Shown here: positions 1-12,573 of the stretch, piece after piece
Layout: every line of letters begins with the position of its first letter
Numbering within the stretch: position 1 is the first letter of the stretch
The notes under the pieces: generated by a model
The model's input: only the letters and a program-made list of their open reading frames with translations
The model's database searches: none
Told to the model about the DNA's origin: nothing
Origin: Paraspadella gotoi
Lineage: Eukaryota > Animalia > Chaetognatha
Assembly (NCBI GenBank): GCA_051294375.1
Contig: CM119270.1
Location: 10,728,274 to 10,774,532 of the forward strand
DNA length: 46,259 nucleotides
Direction of reading: 5' to 3'
Made by a program: the position numbers and the translations under genes

Positions 1-31
<31 letters not shown>

Positions 32-1325
32 ATGACAAATCTCTAGAAATGCGTAAAGAAAAATAGAACATCCAAAAGATAAACTATGTGGCCAGTGTGG
101 GCAATGTAGGGAGTAAGGGGAGTGTCGGCTGCCTTTGTGGGTTTACATTTTAGATTCTTATTCACATTTTTCCGATGACACCCGTGAAAAATGATTGCAG
201 AGGATTTAAAAAAAGATATTAAAAGAAAGATTAATTGGTTTTGATCCTCCAAAGAAAATCGTTTCAATTTGGCACCAATCAAAAAAAAAGTTTAATGACG
301 AAAAAAAAAGCGATGATTAATAGAATGAAGGACCGCCTGAGAAGAATAATAAAAAAATGTGGAAGAAAAGAGAGAGGGGTNNNNNNNNNNNNNNNNNNNN
401 NNNNNNNNNNNNNNNNNNNNNNNNNNNNNNNNNNNNNNNNNNNNNNNNNNNNNNNNNNNNNNNNNNNNNNNNNNNNNNNNNNNNNNNNNNNNNNNNNNNN
501 NNNNNNNNNNNNNNNNNNNNNNAGGACACAAAATTCCAGTCGAGTAAATTTATTCAAATCTTCTTCGATCCTGGGATTACAAAAGATTTCGACGTGGAAA
601 CTCGGATTTTTTATGCCATCAATTCTTTTTATTTATTATCTTTTTGCGGGTTTTCCAATTTTTTCCATAATTTTTATTTATATTATTTATATAGGAGACT
701 TTGGTTTCTTCGCAGAGGAAGAACAGAATGTTATTTACCAATTTTGCTTTTAGCTCTGCATCTAGCTTGTTTATTCTTTCTTGTTTCTTTTATTTCATTA
801 ATTCATTATTTATTTAAATTTTTGTTTTTTTAAATTATAATTCGTTTCCTTTTTCTTCATATTCAACCTTCTTTCTTCTTTAATTAAAGTAAAACACTTT
901 TTTTGTTTGTCAGGTGAACCGTCGATGAAACGAGCGACAGCTGCACATTGAAAATAAACAAAAAGGCATCTCGATCCAACGCAGCGTCTTCTTGTCCTCT
1001 AAATTTGTCCTCTGAACCTCAACTTTTTAACCTAAGTTTCTTTTTTCACTCATGAATATCTCTGTCTGATTCCATCCTATTTTATCTGCGTTGGCCTGAA
1101 GGTCGCACAATCGTCAAAACAGGGACAGCAACATCTTTAAAATTTGGTTATTATCGACAGAACCAACTTTTCGACAATCAACATACTTCGCCCACCTGAG
1201 ATCCAAATAGACAATCACTGGAGGCGTGAAAATCCGCCACCCAAGACGTCAAAAGTCGCCACCTCAAGCAATCTCCACGTCGACTTCTTTCTCACCACAG
1301 AAAAATAAGACAACGCTGGTCTCCT

Positions 1326-1327
<2 letters not shown>

Positions 1328-1374
<47 letters not shown>
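1328..1374. repeat. (CT)n microsatellite (one of dozens of GA/CT tracts)
   Basis: Perfect dinucleotide run. Confidence 0.95.
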
Positions 1375-1379
<5 letters not shown>

Positions 1380-2599
1380 GTCTTTCTGATTCAACGCCTC
1401 TGGCGGCACTGGATCGTATTTCCGATATCGAAAAAATAAAATAGACAAAAGAACAAAAGACGAAAAAAAGAAATGCGTGAAAAAAAAAGACGAAAGAACT
1501 TGAGAAGAGAAAATTGAATCAAACCAACGTCGATTTCGTTACGAATAAAAGCGAAATAGGAAAAAGAACCAAAGAAATTAGGTGGTCACAATTAATTTAT
1601 TTATTTTTTAACTGCCAATATCGTAAGGATGAACAAATTAAGCGAATGGAAATGGAAAATATGAAGAAAGGCGAACTCTCACGGAGATAATTTGTTACCG
1701 GGAACTGAAAAAAGAAAAAGAGAACGTCGGAGAAAAAAATCCTTGAAACAAAAACATTTTCTTACGACGAAAATCTAAAAAAAAAGAAGATGATGATCCT
1801 TTAAAAAAAAAGAAAAACAAAAGATCGAAGAAAATAAACGAGCGATCGAAAGATTATGAAATAAAACCGAGAAGAGATCAGATAAAAATCCAAGAGAAAT
1901 TGAGACGAAGAAAAATAATACGGGAATTTAAATTAAAAAAAAGTCAAAGCAAATAAAACAGAAAACCTCACGGCGATTAAAGAAAGTTTAAAAATGTCAT
2001 GAAAACAGTTTTTTTTTCGAAACGCTCGATTTTTTTCGTGGATTCTGGGATTATATGTAAAGGATGGATAACATAAGAAAATATTAAAGAAAAAAAAGGA
2101 TAAAGAGTTCTGTCCTTTTTTGGTCGCTCGTGCGACTTGAACAACCTTCCTGCACTTGGTAAGTAAATTCGTTTTAATATATAAATGATCATTGATGTAG
2201 CCATAACACTCGTCGATCACATTTTTACCAAAAAATCCTCAAAAAGTCCACCACAAGTGTTGAATTTAAAATTTTGAGAGAGAGTTGTTATCAATTGAAT
2301 AGAATGGAAAGAGTGAGATTAACTACATGAATAATCTAGTGAGTTATCAATTCTTCTTAAGATTTTCTAGAGAGAGAGAGAACAGAGAGAGAGGAGAGAG
2401 AGACGAGAGTCTCATCCTTGTTTTGAAGCCGTTGCATTTCGATATACTAAAGTGTCAGGAATTCTCTTTTTTTCTGTTCCCTTCGGCTACAATATAGGAC
2501 CGAATCGAGAATTAGTTAAGAAACTAAAAAGGCTGAGTAGAGAGAGACGAGCACGAAGAGCCAGAGGAGAGAGAGAGCAGAGAAGAGAGAGGCAGAGAG

Positions 2600-2634
<35 letters not shown>

Positions 2635-3278
2635 GGCAAAATATTTCTGGGTGACAAGTCGAGGAAGCCGAGAGGGGGAGAGAATTTAGTAAAAAGCTGA
2701 GGGGGCGTTTTGGTTTGGAGCCGATAGAGAGAAAGAGAGCCAAGTGAAAATTCACGTGGAAACAAATTGGGACGTCATTCAACGAAATGGAAAAATGGGG
2801 AGGAAGAGGAAGAGAGAGAGAAAGAAAGAGAGGGAGAGAGAGACAGAGGGAGATAGAGACTGAAAGGAGAAACGCTCCTTTTCTTAACCCAGACTCCAGC
2901 ATAATCATAACTTACTCACGGCCTTCTTTCCTTTATTCCCTTTCTCTTTCAATTTAAAAAAAATGTAACCTGCCTCTTGTCGATTTGTTTAGATTCGATT
3001 TCGAATTNNNNNNNNNNNNNNNNNNNNNNNNNNNNNNNNNNNNNNNNNNNNNNNNNNNNNNNNNNNNNNNNNNNNNNNNNNNNNNNNNNNNNNNNNNNNN
3101 NNNNNNNNNNNNNNNNNNNNNNNNNNNNNNNNNNNNNNNNNNNNNNNNNNNNNNNNNNNNNNNNNNNNNNNNNNNNNNNNNNNNNNNNNNNNNNNNNNNN
3201 NNNNNNNNNNNNNNNNNNNNNNNNNNNNNNNNNNNNNNNNAGACTAAAGGACGGAAGGAGACTCGGGGGAAAGAAAAC

Positions 3279-3303
3279 CATGGCATGGCATGGCATGGCA
3301 TGG
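3279..3303. repeat. (CATGG)5 pentanucleotide repeat
   Basis: CATGGCATGGCATGGCATGGCATGG. Confidence 0.9.
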
Positions 3304-4339
3304 ATTCAGTTCGACTGAAAGTGGAGTAGCGATATACAGAATGAGTATTTCCCCCAAAAATCCCGATTAAATAACCATAACTGTAAGAGATATAGAGCTT
3401 GCCGTCTCAAAAATTTTTGACGGATGCTATTGTATGAAAAATTATGAATTCGAAGCCGAGCCGAAAATCTATCAATTTTTTTTTTTAATGTATAAAATTT
3501 AACCAATTAAAGGCTTTAAACAGAACTATTGGAGTCATTCAATTAAACCTTAAACTCAGATATTTGAATCTATCAAGAACCAGATGACGAACTTACTTGA
3601 AAAATCTTGGCTTTCTCACTCCCCTTGCGCTCGCTTCTCTCTCTTCTCGTCCCTCTCTTGTCTAAGCTACCCCTCTCTCATCTCTCTCTTCTCTCGACAA
3701 GGAGGGTTAAAAACTTTGGCGAGAGGTCGAATTTGGCGCATTCTCATTAAATCTATCTTACCTTCGTCTCTCGCTCTATCGCTCTCGTACAACTAATAAA
3801 CTCTTACCACTTATGAGTGTTTCCTATCTTGATTCGAACAATACATCTCGTCGGACGTACTTCTTCTCCTCCACTTTCTCTATTTCTCTCGCTCTCCTTC
3901 TCTCCTTTACTTGACTACACTGTTCTCTACTTTATTTCTTTCTCTGCGTTCCGACCGACATTAACAGAAATTTCATTTCCTTTCTAAAAAAAGGGGAAAG
4001 CAAAAATAAAGAATCGAATAAAACAACACCTCTCACATCGTCTCTCTCCTTTTCCTCCTTCTCATCTCTTCTTCTCTCTCTCATTTCCTCCCTCTTTTCT
4101 GTTGTCTCTCCTCCATCGTCTATTCCATCTCCTCTCTCCTCTCTCTCCTACTTTTTTTACACTGCATGAAAATCTTTTAAATAATCTATTCTCTCGCTCT
4201 CTCGTCCTCTCTCCTCTACAACTCAATTTTCTTTTCTTCGTCGTGATAGACATATTTTCCCTCTCTCTCTCTCTATCTGTCCTCTCATCCTCTTCATCTG
4301 TTCCGTCCTTCTTGTCTCCGGCCATTCCTCTCATTCCTC

Positions 4340-7168
4340 AATTTACAATCGGGAATCTTTTTTTTGGTTAGTTTCCTCTTAACTGATCTCGTATGTCCAC
4401 TTGGTTGCGCCGTCTTCCGGCAAGGACCTTAGGAACCCGGAGTAATCACACACACAATACTTCTCACGTGATGTCCTTCGCATATTCTTTATTTATTAGC
4501 GCGTTATCTTTGATCTTTCTCGCCTTTGCCTGTTCGAAGTAGTGATACTACGGTCTGAACGGCTGTCGGAAGAGAATCAAGGAAGAGCGCACGCGAAGAA
4601 ACGGACATATGGGCCCGATTGTTTAGGATTTACTCAAAGGGAAGATGTGAGGGATATAGGTAAGGATGGAAGAACGTATGCGGACAAGGAAGAGAACACG
4701 AGTGTGGAGGAAAAGATGGAAGTAAGTTACATGAAATAAGAAAGAGATAGGAAGCACAGGTGAGACAAGTGAGCGGATATGGAAGGAAGGAAGAGAGAAG
4801 AAGCGAAAAGGAAAGAGAGAATAGGGAGAGGCATAGGGATTATGAGAAAAAAGAGGATAATGACATAGGAGTAAGAATAATGAGGAGAGGGTCACAGAGG
4901 GAGGGGGAAGGAAATGGGAGTGTGTGCGAAGGAGACAGGAATAGAGAAGAAGGAAGGAAAGAAAGAAATAAGCGAATAATAAGATTAAAAGAATGTTGAC
5001 ATATAAGATGTATAACAAACGAAGACAGAACAAGGACAGGAGACAAAATATGTGAATGAATTAGGCGAAAAATAGAAGAGAACGAAACAAAAAAGATGAG
5101 AGGGAAGACGAAATTTGAAGAGAAACGAGAAGAAAGCGCGTAGCGTGATGGAGATGGATGAGGAGATGAAAAGGAACAAGACGAAGGAGAGGGAGAGGAG
5201 AGAGGAGGGAAGAGGAGAGAGAGAGAGAAGAGAGAAGAAAGAGAGGAAATAGTAAGAAAAGAGACGATCGTTTATAGAGTACTGAGCATGAGAGAGAGAG
5301 GTGATCTCAGCGAGAAAGTGATGCGAACAGTACGATGAGAGGTAAATTGTAGCCATCTTCATCTGATAGACAAGAGTCTCAGGTCACGTTTCATAACCAA
5401 AGGGAGATTTTTTAATGGATTTATCCTCAACCTTTTATCCAAACTTCTGAAACATGTACACGTTTTTTTTAACCTCTACTATTCTTAGAGGAGGAGAGCC
5501 TGACCTCATCTCCTTCACATCGATCGCTTACCCGCACCTCCCACCCGCTTCTCTCCACGCTCAATGCGTGACTCACTTTCTTCACATTGGCCTCTGCCTA
5601 TTGGTTTTTGATGTGTTCAAAGGCATTGCGTCATCTTGGTGTTGTTTTAGCACACCACTCCTCTACCTATTACCCATCTTCTCTCTACATTTTGTAACTC
5701 TCTCCGTTCTTCTCTACCTTTTTCTATCCTGCTTCTCTCTTTCCTTCTCTTTTCCTTATCTCTTACTTTTCGAATTCGTTCCTTCTCCTTCTTCTTTTCT
5801 CTCTCACCTCTCTCTCCCTTCTCTCTCCTCTCTCTTTTACGTGATTTATCCTTTATTCAACTTCTTCGACATCGAATAAGAAATCTTTTTATTGATTCCG
5901 ACTTTAACTAGATTCACCTGCGTTTTCCTGCAACCCTTAATGATAAAAACCAGTGTTGTTGTTTATTGACAGAAATATTCTCTTTCTCTCTTTCTCTCCG
6001 TTTTTTTTCGTCGGCAGAGTCAAAAATTGTAAACACATAAAACAATACTCGTTACTCGTCTCGGGAGCGAAATTCAGTAGAGCAACCAGACGTATACTCC
6101 TCAAAGTTTTTCGAACGTGACTATTCTCTTCTTTCTCGTTCTCTCTTTTTTATTTAAATTACCTTTTTAACCTTTTGAAAAAATAAACAGACTCGGAGTT
6201 TTTTTTTTCAAATCTTCTTTGTTTTTAGTTTTCAACGAAAGTTGGGTTTTTATGTGACTTATATAATTTGTTTAGCCAATATATAGGTATAACTGATTTA
6301 ACAGAAACAATCATACAGTAAATTAACTATTCCAAACAAAGGTTTTCAATTTACAAGTGAAGGTAACATTTTTTATAAATATTTTGTTGTTTTATAATTA
6401 AGTATTTTATTTATTTATAAACAAGCGCAAGACGGTGTCAGAATTGAGACCAGAATGAATCAGTACAAACATTGTCAAGGTATGTATATACCCAGCCATC
6501 GGATCAATCGACACGGGCTGGTTTTCCCTATGGCATTGAAGACCCATCTTGTGACTTAGGTGGCTTCACCTTGGTGGGATTCGTCCAACGAGAGGACTAG
6601 AAATCCGGCTTTCGTGATTTTACACGAGTCCCGGGTCCGATTCTATTTTTCGTGTCGTTATCAGTTTTCTTTTCCGAAGTTACGGAAAAAACTATATGTA
6701 ATTTCCTTTTTGGATCAACCAAAAGAAATGCCTCACAACACAACCGTTCAAACTAGGCAGAAGTAGTTACAGGGCAGTGGCAGTAGCAAGATACAGGGGC
6801 AGTGGCAGTGGCAGTAGCAGTAAGCTGCTGTGGTAAGCGGCAGGGGAAGACTGGGAGAGTAAAAATCAACGTCGACATTGACGCTGGGAAAGATTTGGAT
6901 TTTAAATTTTAAAGAACATGTCGTATCAATGTGAGCGTCAATACTTAATTTATATACAGAGAAGGATGATGAGAGAATGCAAGAGTAGGTACTAAGAAAG
7001 ACAGAATCTCTTTAAAGATTATATAAGAGATTTTTTTTCTTCCACATGGGTCTATTTTTTGGTCTGTTTATCAATACAATGTTCTCGGTCCATATTTCGC
7101 CGAGGCTAGCGGAATTTTTATGACAATTCTCTCCTCTCTCTCTCTCCCCTTCTCTCGTTCTCTCTCTG

Positions 7169-7201
<33 letters not shown>

Positions 7202-9308
7202 ATCTCCTCTCTCTCTCTCACTCCACTCCCTTTCCGCTTCTCATCTTTTCCTATGATCCTTTGTTTCTTAACGTCCAGTCCAGTTTTGTTTTATCACGTA
7301 AAAATACCAGAGGGCGATCGACCTTTCGCCTCGACCGACCGAGACGCGCCTTTCTACTCCGTTTTTCTTTCTTTCGTTTCCTTTCTTTTTGGTTTTATTT
7401 TACTTGTTCCTTGTTTACGTTTTTTTATTTTCTTAAAGTTCCCTGAGATTTTACTGGTCAAAACTAACATTTTAACTAAAAAAGAGTGCCGTGAATGAAG
7501 GCTCTTCACTTACATTGTTTTGTTGGCATCGTTATTGTATCCAATATTGTTTACCTCATATATTTTAGTCATCGTTCAGTCATCATTATAAATGTGGATG
7601 ATTAATATTTAACAATGAAAAAGAATTCCTTAAAAAGTGTGACAATTATCATCTGCTCCAAAAATGTATGTCGAGAAAAAAAGCAAGGTTCGATTCGCGT
7701 CCTAGACTTTTTCGGCACCAACTGGCTACTTTGTTCCATGGATCACCAACGAAATCTTTTGGACGAACAATAATTGATCGGCTCAATCACCGAAATGGAC
7801 CGTTGTCCTCACTATTTAGGTCCGTGCACTTGGAACCGTCACCTGATTGGATGGTAACTCTCGTCTGTCTGCCAATAGATGAATGGGGCTTCACCCATTT
7901 TACCCTCTTGCCTCGAATTCCTCCGTTTTGGGCCAATATGTAATAAGCGAAGATTTGGAAGAGCTGGCATCACGACTCCCGTTTCACCCAATTTCTTGAC
8001 GTCTCTCTCTAACTGTAAAAAAAGAAAAAAAAACAAAACAACCTTTCACTAACATCATGTTTCGCATTTGCTCCCATGTCGGTGGCATTCTGAACCATGC
8101 TACCAACAGACCTAGCGTCAGCATCTTCGAAGCTTCGCAATCATAGCTAACGTCCTCGTCGACTGTGGACGTCCACTCAAATACGGAACGCTCTTGTCAA
8201 CAGCGTCCATGGAGCAATTCGCGCAACGGAAACAGCAGAGCCAGCCTCGTGGCCTTCTCAATCGCTTCGTCTCTAAACGCCGCGTTGGAACCGTACGGCG
8301 CGGTATCAACGGCCGAACACCCCCGATGGAGGGACATGTCAAAAGCCGAAGAGTAGAGGCTCTGGGAAAAGAATTCAGACTCAACTCGGAGGCGATCGCC
8401 TGCCGCGACGACACGTTCGACTCTCCCGGCGGCCGACGAGGATGTGGACGGCCCTCACCTCTCGGCACGAAAACACACTCCCTCTTGGACGGCGTTGCGT
8501 GAAAAGAGGACTCTCGATGGCGGAAAGCTTAAACCAAGATGCATTTCATCAAAGGAGAGTGGTTCACGAAGGAGCGAAAAACCTAAAACGACCTAAAAAA
8601 GGTAGTCGATACAGACCATACATTTTATCATTCATCACTTGTATTAAGAGCAAAATATTAAACTATTATACATAAAGTTTTGATCGCAAAACCTGTAAAA
8701 GAGTAAACACAAAATAGAGACGCGTCATTTGAATTCTTCAGTGTCATAATGAAAAAAAAAATAACGTTTCTTATGCTTTTTCTCGTTATTAATCTTATTA
8801 ATTTCATAAAATTTAATTGTGCTTAATAAGAAAAGAATAATAAAATTTATACATTTATAATATAAATAGTATTCAAAATAATTTAATTTTATTGTAAAGC
8901 TTAAATATTACATAAACAGGGGAGACCAAAAAAATCTAACGACCCACTTACAGAAAATTTCTCGTCAAACTCTCCAAGAGTTTTCCCCAAAATCGGTCGG
9001 TCACTACTGAGAACCAGCAACAGAAAGCGATCGGGAAAAGATTTTGAAACATTCGTTGTTGACTGTTTTTTTTTTGTTAAGTCCTCTTGGCTTACAATTG
9101 TTAATTATTTGATTCACACTAGTGGTTTGAAAACTTGTTAAATAAAAATGATGCACTCGAAATTGCATTGTACCTTTTCGGAGGCACATCCCTGGCAAGA
9201 GATAAGAAACCCACTTAAAGAAACGCTAAACACCTAATCATCATTATAATATTTACAATATTAGAAATTTTAGAAACCCTTTTGTATTCCTGATGCTGCT
9301 CTCTTTCA
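4340..9308 (+). repeat. Tandem duplication, copy 1 (indel-rich; matches about 9340-13245)
   Basis: By-eye alignment: 5833 TCTCTTTTACGTGATTTATC = about 10030; 9283 TGTATTCCTGATGCTGC = 13220; 4346 AATCGG..TTTTTTTTGGT(T)AGTTTC resembles 9349. The 4340-5690 part matches only a heavily deleted 9340-9930. Ends exactly at a 25-N gap. Confidence 0.85.
7615..8587 (+). pseudogene. Frameshifted copy of the 11642-12573 ORF (real pseudogene or read-error copy)
   Basis: Fragments in different frames reproduce the same protein (GPLSSLFRSVHL, DEWGFTHFTL, ACRDDTFDSPGG, VKRGLSMAE). Confidence 0.6.
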
Positions 9309-9333
9309 NNNNNNNNNNNNNNNNNNNNNNNNN
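9309..9333. other. Fixed-size 25-N assembly gap (same size at 24500-24524, 32942-32966, 36162-36186)
   Basis: Counted 25 N at each. The other gaps are variable: 381-522, 3008-3240, 14635-14844, 15252-15356, 15912-16138, 16721-16904. Confidence 0.95.
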
Positions 9334-10820
9334 CTCTCTCTCTCATTTAATCGGATTTTTTTTGGTAGTTTCTTAATTTATTCATTGGTGGCCGTGGCAA
9401 AGATTCAGGTTCAATGCCAGAATATTCTCTCCTTTCCTTTTTATTTATTATTCCCTTTTTCTTTCTCCCCTTTTTTTCTTCCTTCTCTCTCCCGGCACCG
9501 ACCTTCCCGTTTTTTTTTTCAGAGTTATTAGTTCGAAAGCATTTTTTAATTATATAAATATTCGCGCGAAAAAATGACGTGAAATATCGTAGGCAGGGCG
9601 CGGAATTCATTTGTGATTTGCTTTTTCAAACTTTTTCGCGCAAGAGAGAGAGAAATTCAGGGGCAGATAGAGAGAGAACGAGGAGAGAGAGAGAAAGAGA
9701 AGAGAAAGAGAAAGAGAAAGAGATATAAGACTTTATTCTTTGAATGAGATATGTGAGAATGTGAGTTTTCATGAATCCAAAGAGGAGGTTATTAATGATT
9801 ATTATAACGAGTCACGTTTTTCTTCTTTGCTGAACAAGCTTACCACGACCCCCCCCGCCCAATGCGTGACATCCAAGACGCCAGGGAGGAAAGGCATGCG
9901 TGACTCGGTGTTGTTTACACAAGCTACCATCTTGCTCTATTTTGTAACTCCGTCTCTATTTTCGTTCTCTTTTCTTTTATTTACTTTGAACGTTCTTTTC
10001 TCTCTACCTCTCTCTCCTTCTCTCTCTCTCTCTCTTTTACGTGATTTATCTTTTTCACTTCTTCGACATCCAATAAGATCTTTTTTATTGATTCCGACTT
10101 TACTATTCACCTTGCGTTTTCCTGCAACCCTTATGATAAAAACCAGTTGTTGTTATTGACAGGAAATATTCTCTTTCTCTCTTTCTCTCCGTTTTTTTTC
10201 TCGTGCAGAGTCAAAATTCGTAACAAAACACATAAAAAAATATCGTTACTCGTCTCGAGCGAAATTCAGAAGCACCCAGACGTATACTCCTCAAAGTTTT
10301 TCGAACGTGACTATTTTCTCTTCTTTCTCGTTCTCTCTTTTTTATTTAAATTACCTTTTTAACTTTTTGAAAATAAACAGATCGAGTTTTTTTTCAAATC
10401 TTCTTTGATTTAGGTTTCAAACGATAGTTGGGTTTTTATGTGATCTTATAATTTGTTTAGCAATATATAGGTATAACTGGATTTAACAGAAACAATCATA
10501 CATAAATTTACATTCAAACAAAGGTTTTTCATTTACAAGTGAAGGTAACATTTTTTTATAAGATATTTTGTTGTTTCTATAATTTAAGTATTTATTTATT
10601 TATAAACAAGCGCAAGACGGTGTCAGGAATTGAGACAGAATGAATCAGTACAAAAATTGTCAGTATTTATACCCAGCCATCGGATCAGGCTGGTTTTCCC
10701 CTATGGCATTGAAGCCCATCTTGTGATTGGTGGCTTCACTTGGTGGTTCGTCCAAAGAGAGGACAGAATCCGGCTTTCGTGATTTTAACACGAGTCGGGA
10801 TCCGATTCTATATTTCGTCG

Positions 10821-10985
10821 TTATTCAGTTTTCTTTTCGACAGTTTTATGCCGGAAACTCTGGCAGTAGTAGTTACAAGGGCAGTGGCAGTAGCAGATAC
10901 AGGGGCAGTGGCAGTGGCAGTAGCAGTTACAGCTGCTGTGGTAGCGGCAGGGGAAGACTGGGAGAGGTAAAATCAACGTCGACAT
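10821..10985 (-). CDS. Candidate 54-aa Cys/His-rich peptide (CxC repeats)
   Basis: Manual translation: MSTLILPLPVFPCRYHSSCNCYCHCHCPCICYCHCPCNYYCQSFRHKTVEKKTE*, with 12 Cys. Built on a degenerate (ACTGCC)n hexamer that reads Thr/Ala in another frame. Confidence 0.25.
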   Translation of the reverse strand: MSTLILPLPVFPCRYHSSCNCYCHCHCPCICYCHCPCNYYCQSFRHKTVEKKTE

Positions 10986-11227
10986 TGACGCTGGGAAAGA
11001 TTTGATTTTTAAATTTTAAAATTCTATCAATGTGAGCGTCATCCTTATTTTATTATATCAGGTGAGAAGAGAGAGGAATGAAGAGTAGTACTAAAAAACA
11101 GAATCTCTTTTAAGATTATAATAAAGAGATTTTTTTTCTTTCCACATGGGTCTATTTTTTGGGTCTGTTTATTCAATACAATGGTTGCTCGGTCCATATT
11201 TCGCCGAGGCTAGCGGAATTTTTTATG

Positions 11228-11268
<41 letters not shown>

Positions 11269-11641
11269 TCCCTTTCCCATTCTATCTTTTCCTATGATCC
11301 TTTGTTTCTTAAGTCCAGTCCAGTTTTTGTTTTATCACGTAAATACCAGAGGGCGATCGACCTTTTCGCCTCGACCGACCGACGCGCCTTTCTCTCCGTT
11401 TTTCTTTCCTTCGTTTCCTTTCTTTTGGTTTTATTTTATTGTTCCTTTGTTTACGTTTTATTTTCTTAAAGTTCCTGAGATTTTACTGGTCAAAACTAAC
11501 ATTTTAACTAAAAAGAGTGCGTGAATGAAGGCTCTTCACTTATTGTTTTGTTTGGCATTCGTTATTGTATCCAATATTGTTGTAACCTCTATTTAGTCAT
11601 CGTTCAATCATCATTATAATGTGATGATTAATATTTAACAG

Positions 11642-12573
11642 ATGAAAAAGAATTCCTTTAAAAAGTGTGACATTAATCATCTGCTCAAAATGTATGTCGA
11701 GAAAAAAAGCAAGGTTCGATTCCGTCTAGATTTTCGGCACATGGCTACTTTGTTCCATGGGATCACCAACGAAATCTTTTTGGACGAAACAATCATTGAT
11801 CGGTCAATCACCGGAAATGGACCGTTGTCCTCACTATTTAGGTCCGTGCACTTGGACCGTCACCTGATTGGATGGTAACTCTCGTCTTCTGCCAATGAGA
11901 TGAATGGGGCTTCACCCATTTTACTCTTGCCTCTGATCCTCTTGGCCAATATAAAAGCGAAGATTTGGAAAGAGCTGGCATTCACGACTCCGTTCACCAA
12001 TTCTTGACGTCTCTCTCTACTGTAAAAAAAAAAACAAACAGACTTTTCACTAACATCATGTTTCGCATTTGCTCCATGTCGTGGCATTCTGAACCATGCT
12101 ACCACAGACCCTGCGTCAGCATCTTCGAAGCTTCGCAATCAGCTAACGTCCTCGTCGATGTGGACGTCCACTCCAAATACGGAATCGCTCTTGTCAACAG
12201 CGTCATGGAGCAATTCGCCAACGTGGAACAGAAGGAGCACAGCCTCGTGCCTTCTCAAATCGCTCGTCTCTTAACGGCCGCGTTGGAACCCTACGTGCCC
12301 GGTATCACGGCCGAAACCCCGCGATGGAGGGACATGCTCAAAGCCGAAGAGTATGAGGCTCTGGGAAAAGAGATTGAGACTCAACTCGGAGGCGTCGCCT
12401 GCCGCGACGACACGTTCGACTCTCCCGGCGGCCGAGAGGATGTGGACGCCCTCACCTCTCGGCAGAAACACATCCTCTTGGACGCGTTGGTGAAAAGAGG
12501 ACTCTCGATGGCGGAAGCTCTAACCAAGATGCCTTTCATCAAAGGAGAGTGGTTCAGAAGACGAAAAAACTAA
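11642..12573 (+). CDS. Orphan protein, approx. 310 codons, split by frameshift(s) near 11850-11900 (ORFs 11642-11878 and 11965-12573)
   Basis: High-complexity 202-aa ORF (..FTNIMFRICSMSWHSEPCYHRPCVSIFEASQSANVLVDVDVHSKYGIALVNSVMEQF..LLDALVKRGLSMAEALTKMPFIKGEWFRRRKN) plus a 78-aa upstream ORF. It is a GC-richer island flanked by AT-rich DNA, with TATAA about 25 bp upstream and AATAAA at about 12821. No family recognised. Confidence 0.6.

Noticed and set aside
2200-2260. VIDEC as a helicase Walker B motif (minus strand)
   Set aside because: A five-residue match with no upstream Walker A or other helicase motifs.
9385-9420. tRNA-SINE-like look (GGTGGCCGTGG..GGTTCAATGCC)
   Set aside because: It aligns as a deleted, error-rich copy of about 4398-4460, which has no such boxes.
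11713-11723. GGTTCGATTCC, a perfect Pol III B-box/T-loop
   Set aside because: No A-box or cloverleaf stems around it, and it lies inside the orphan ORF; likely chance.
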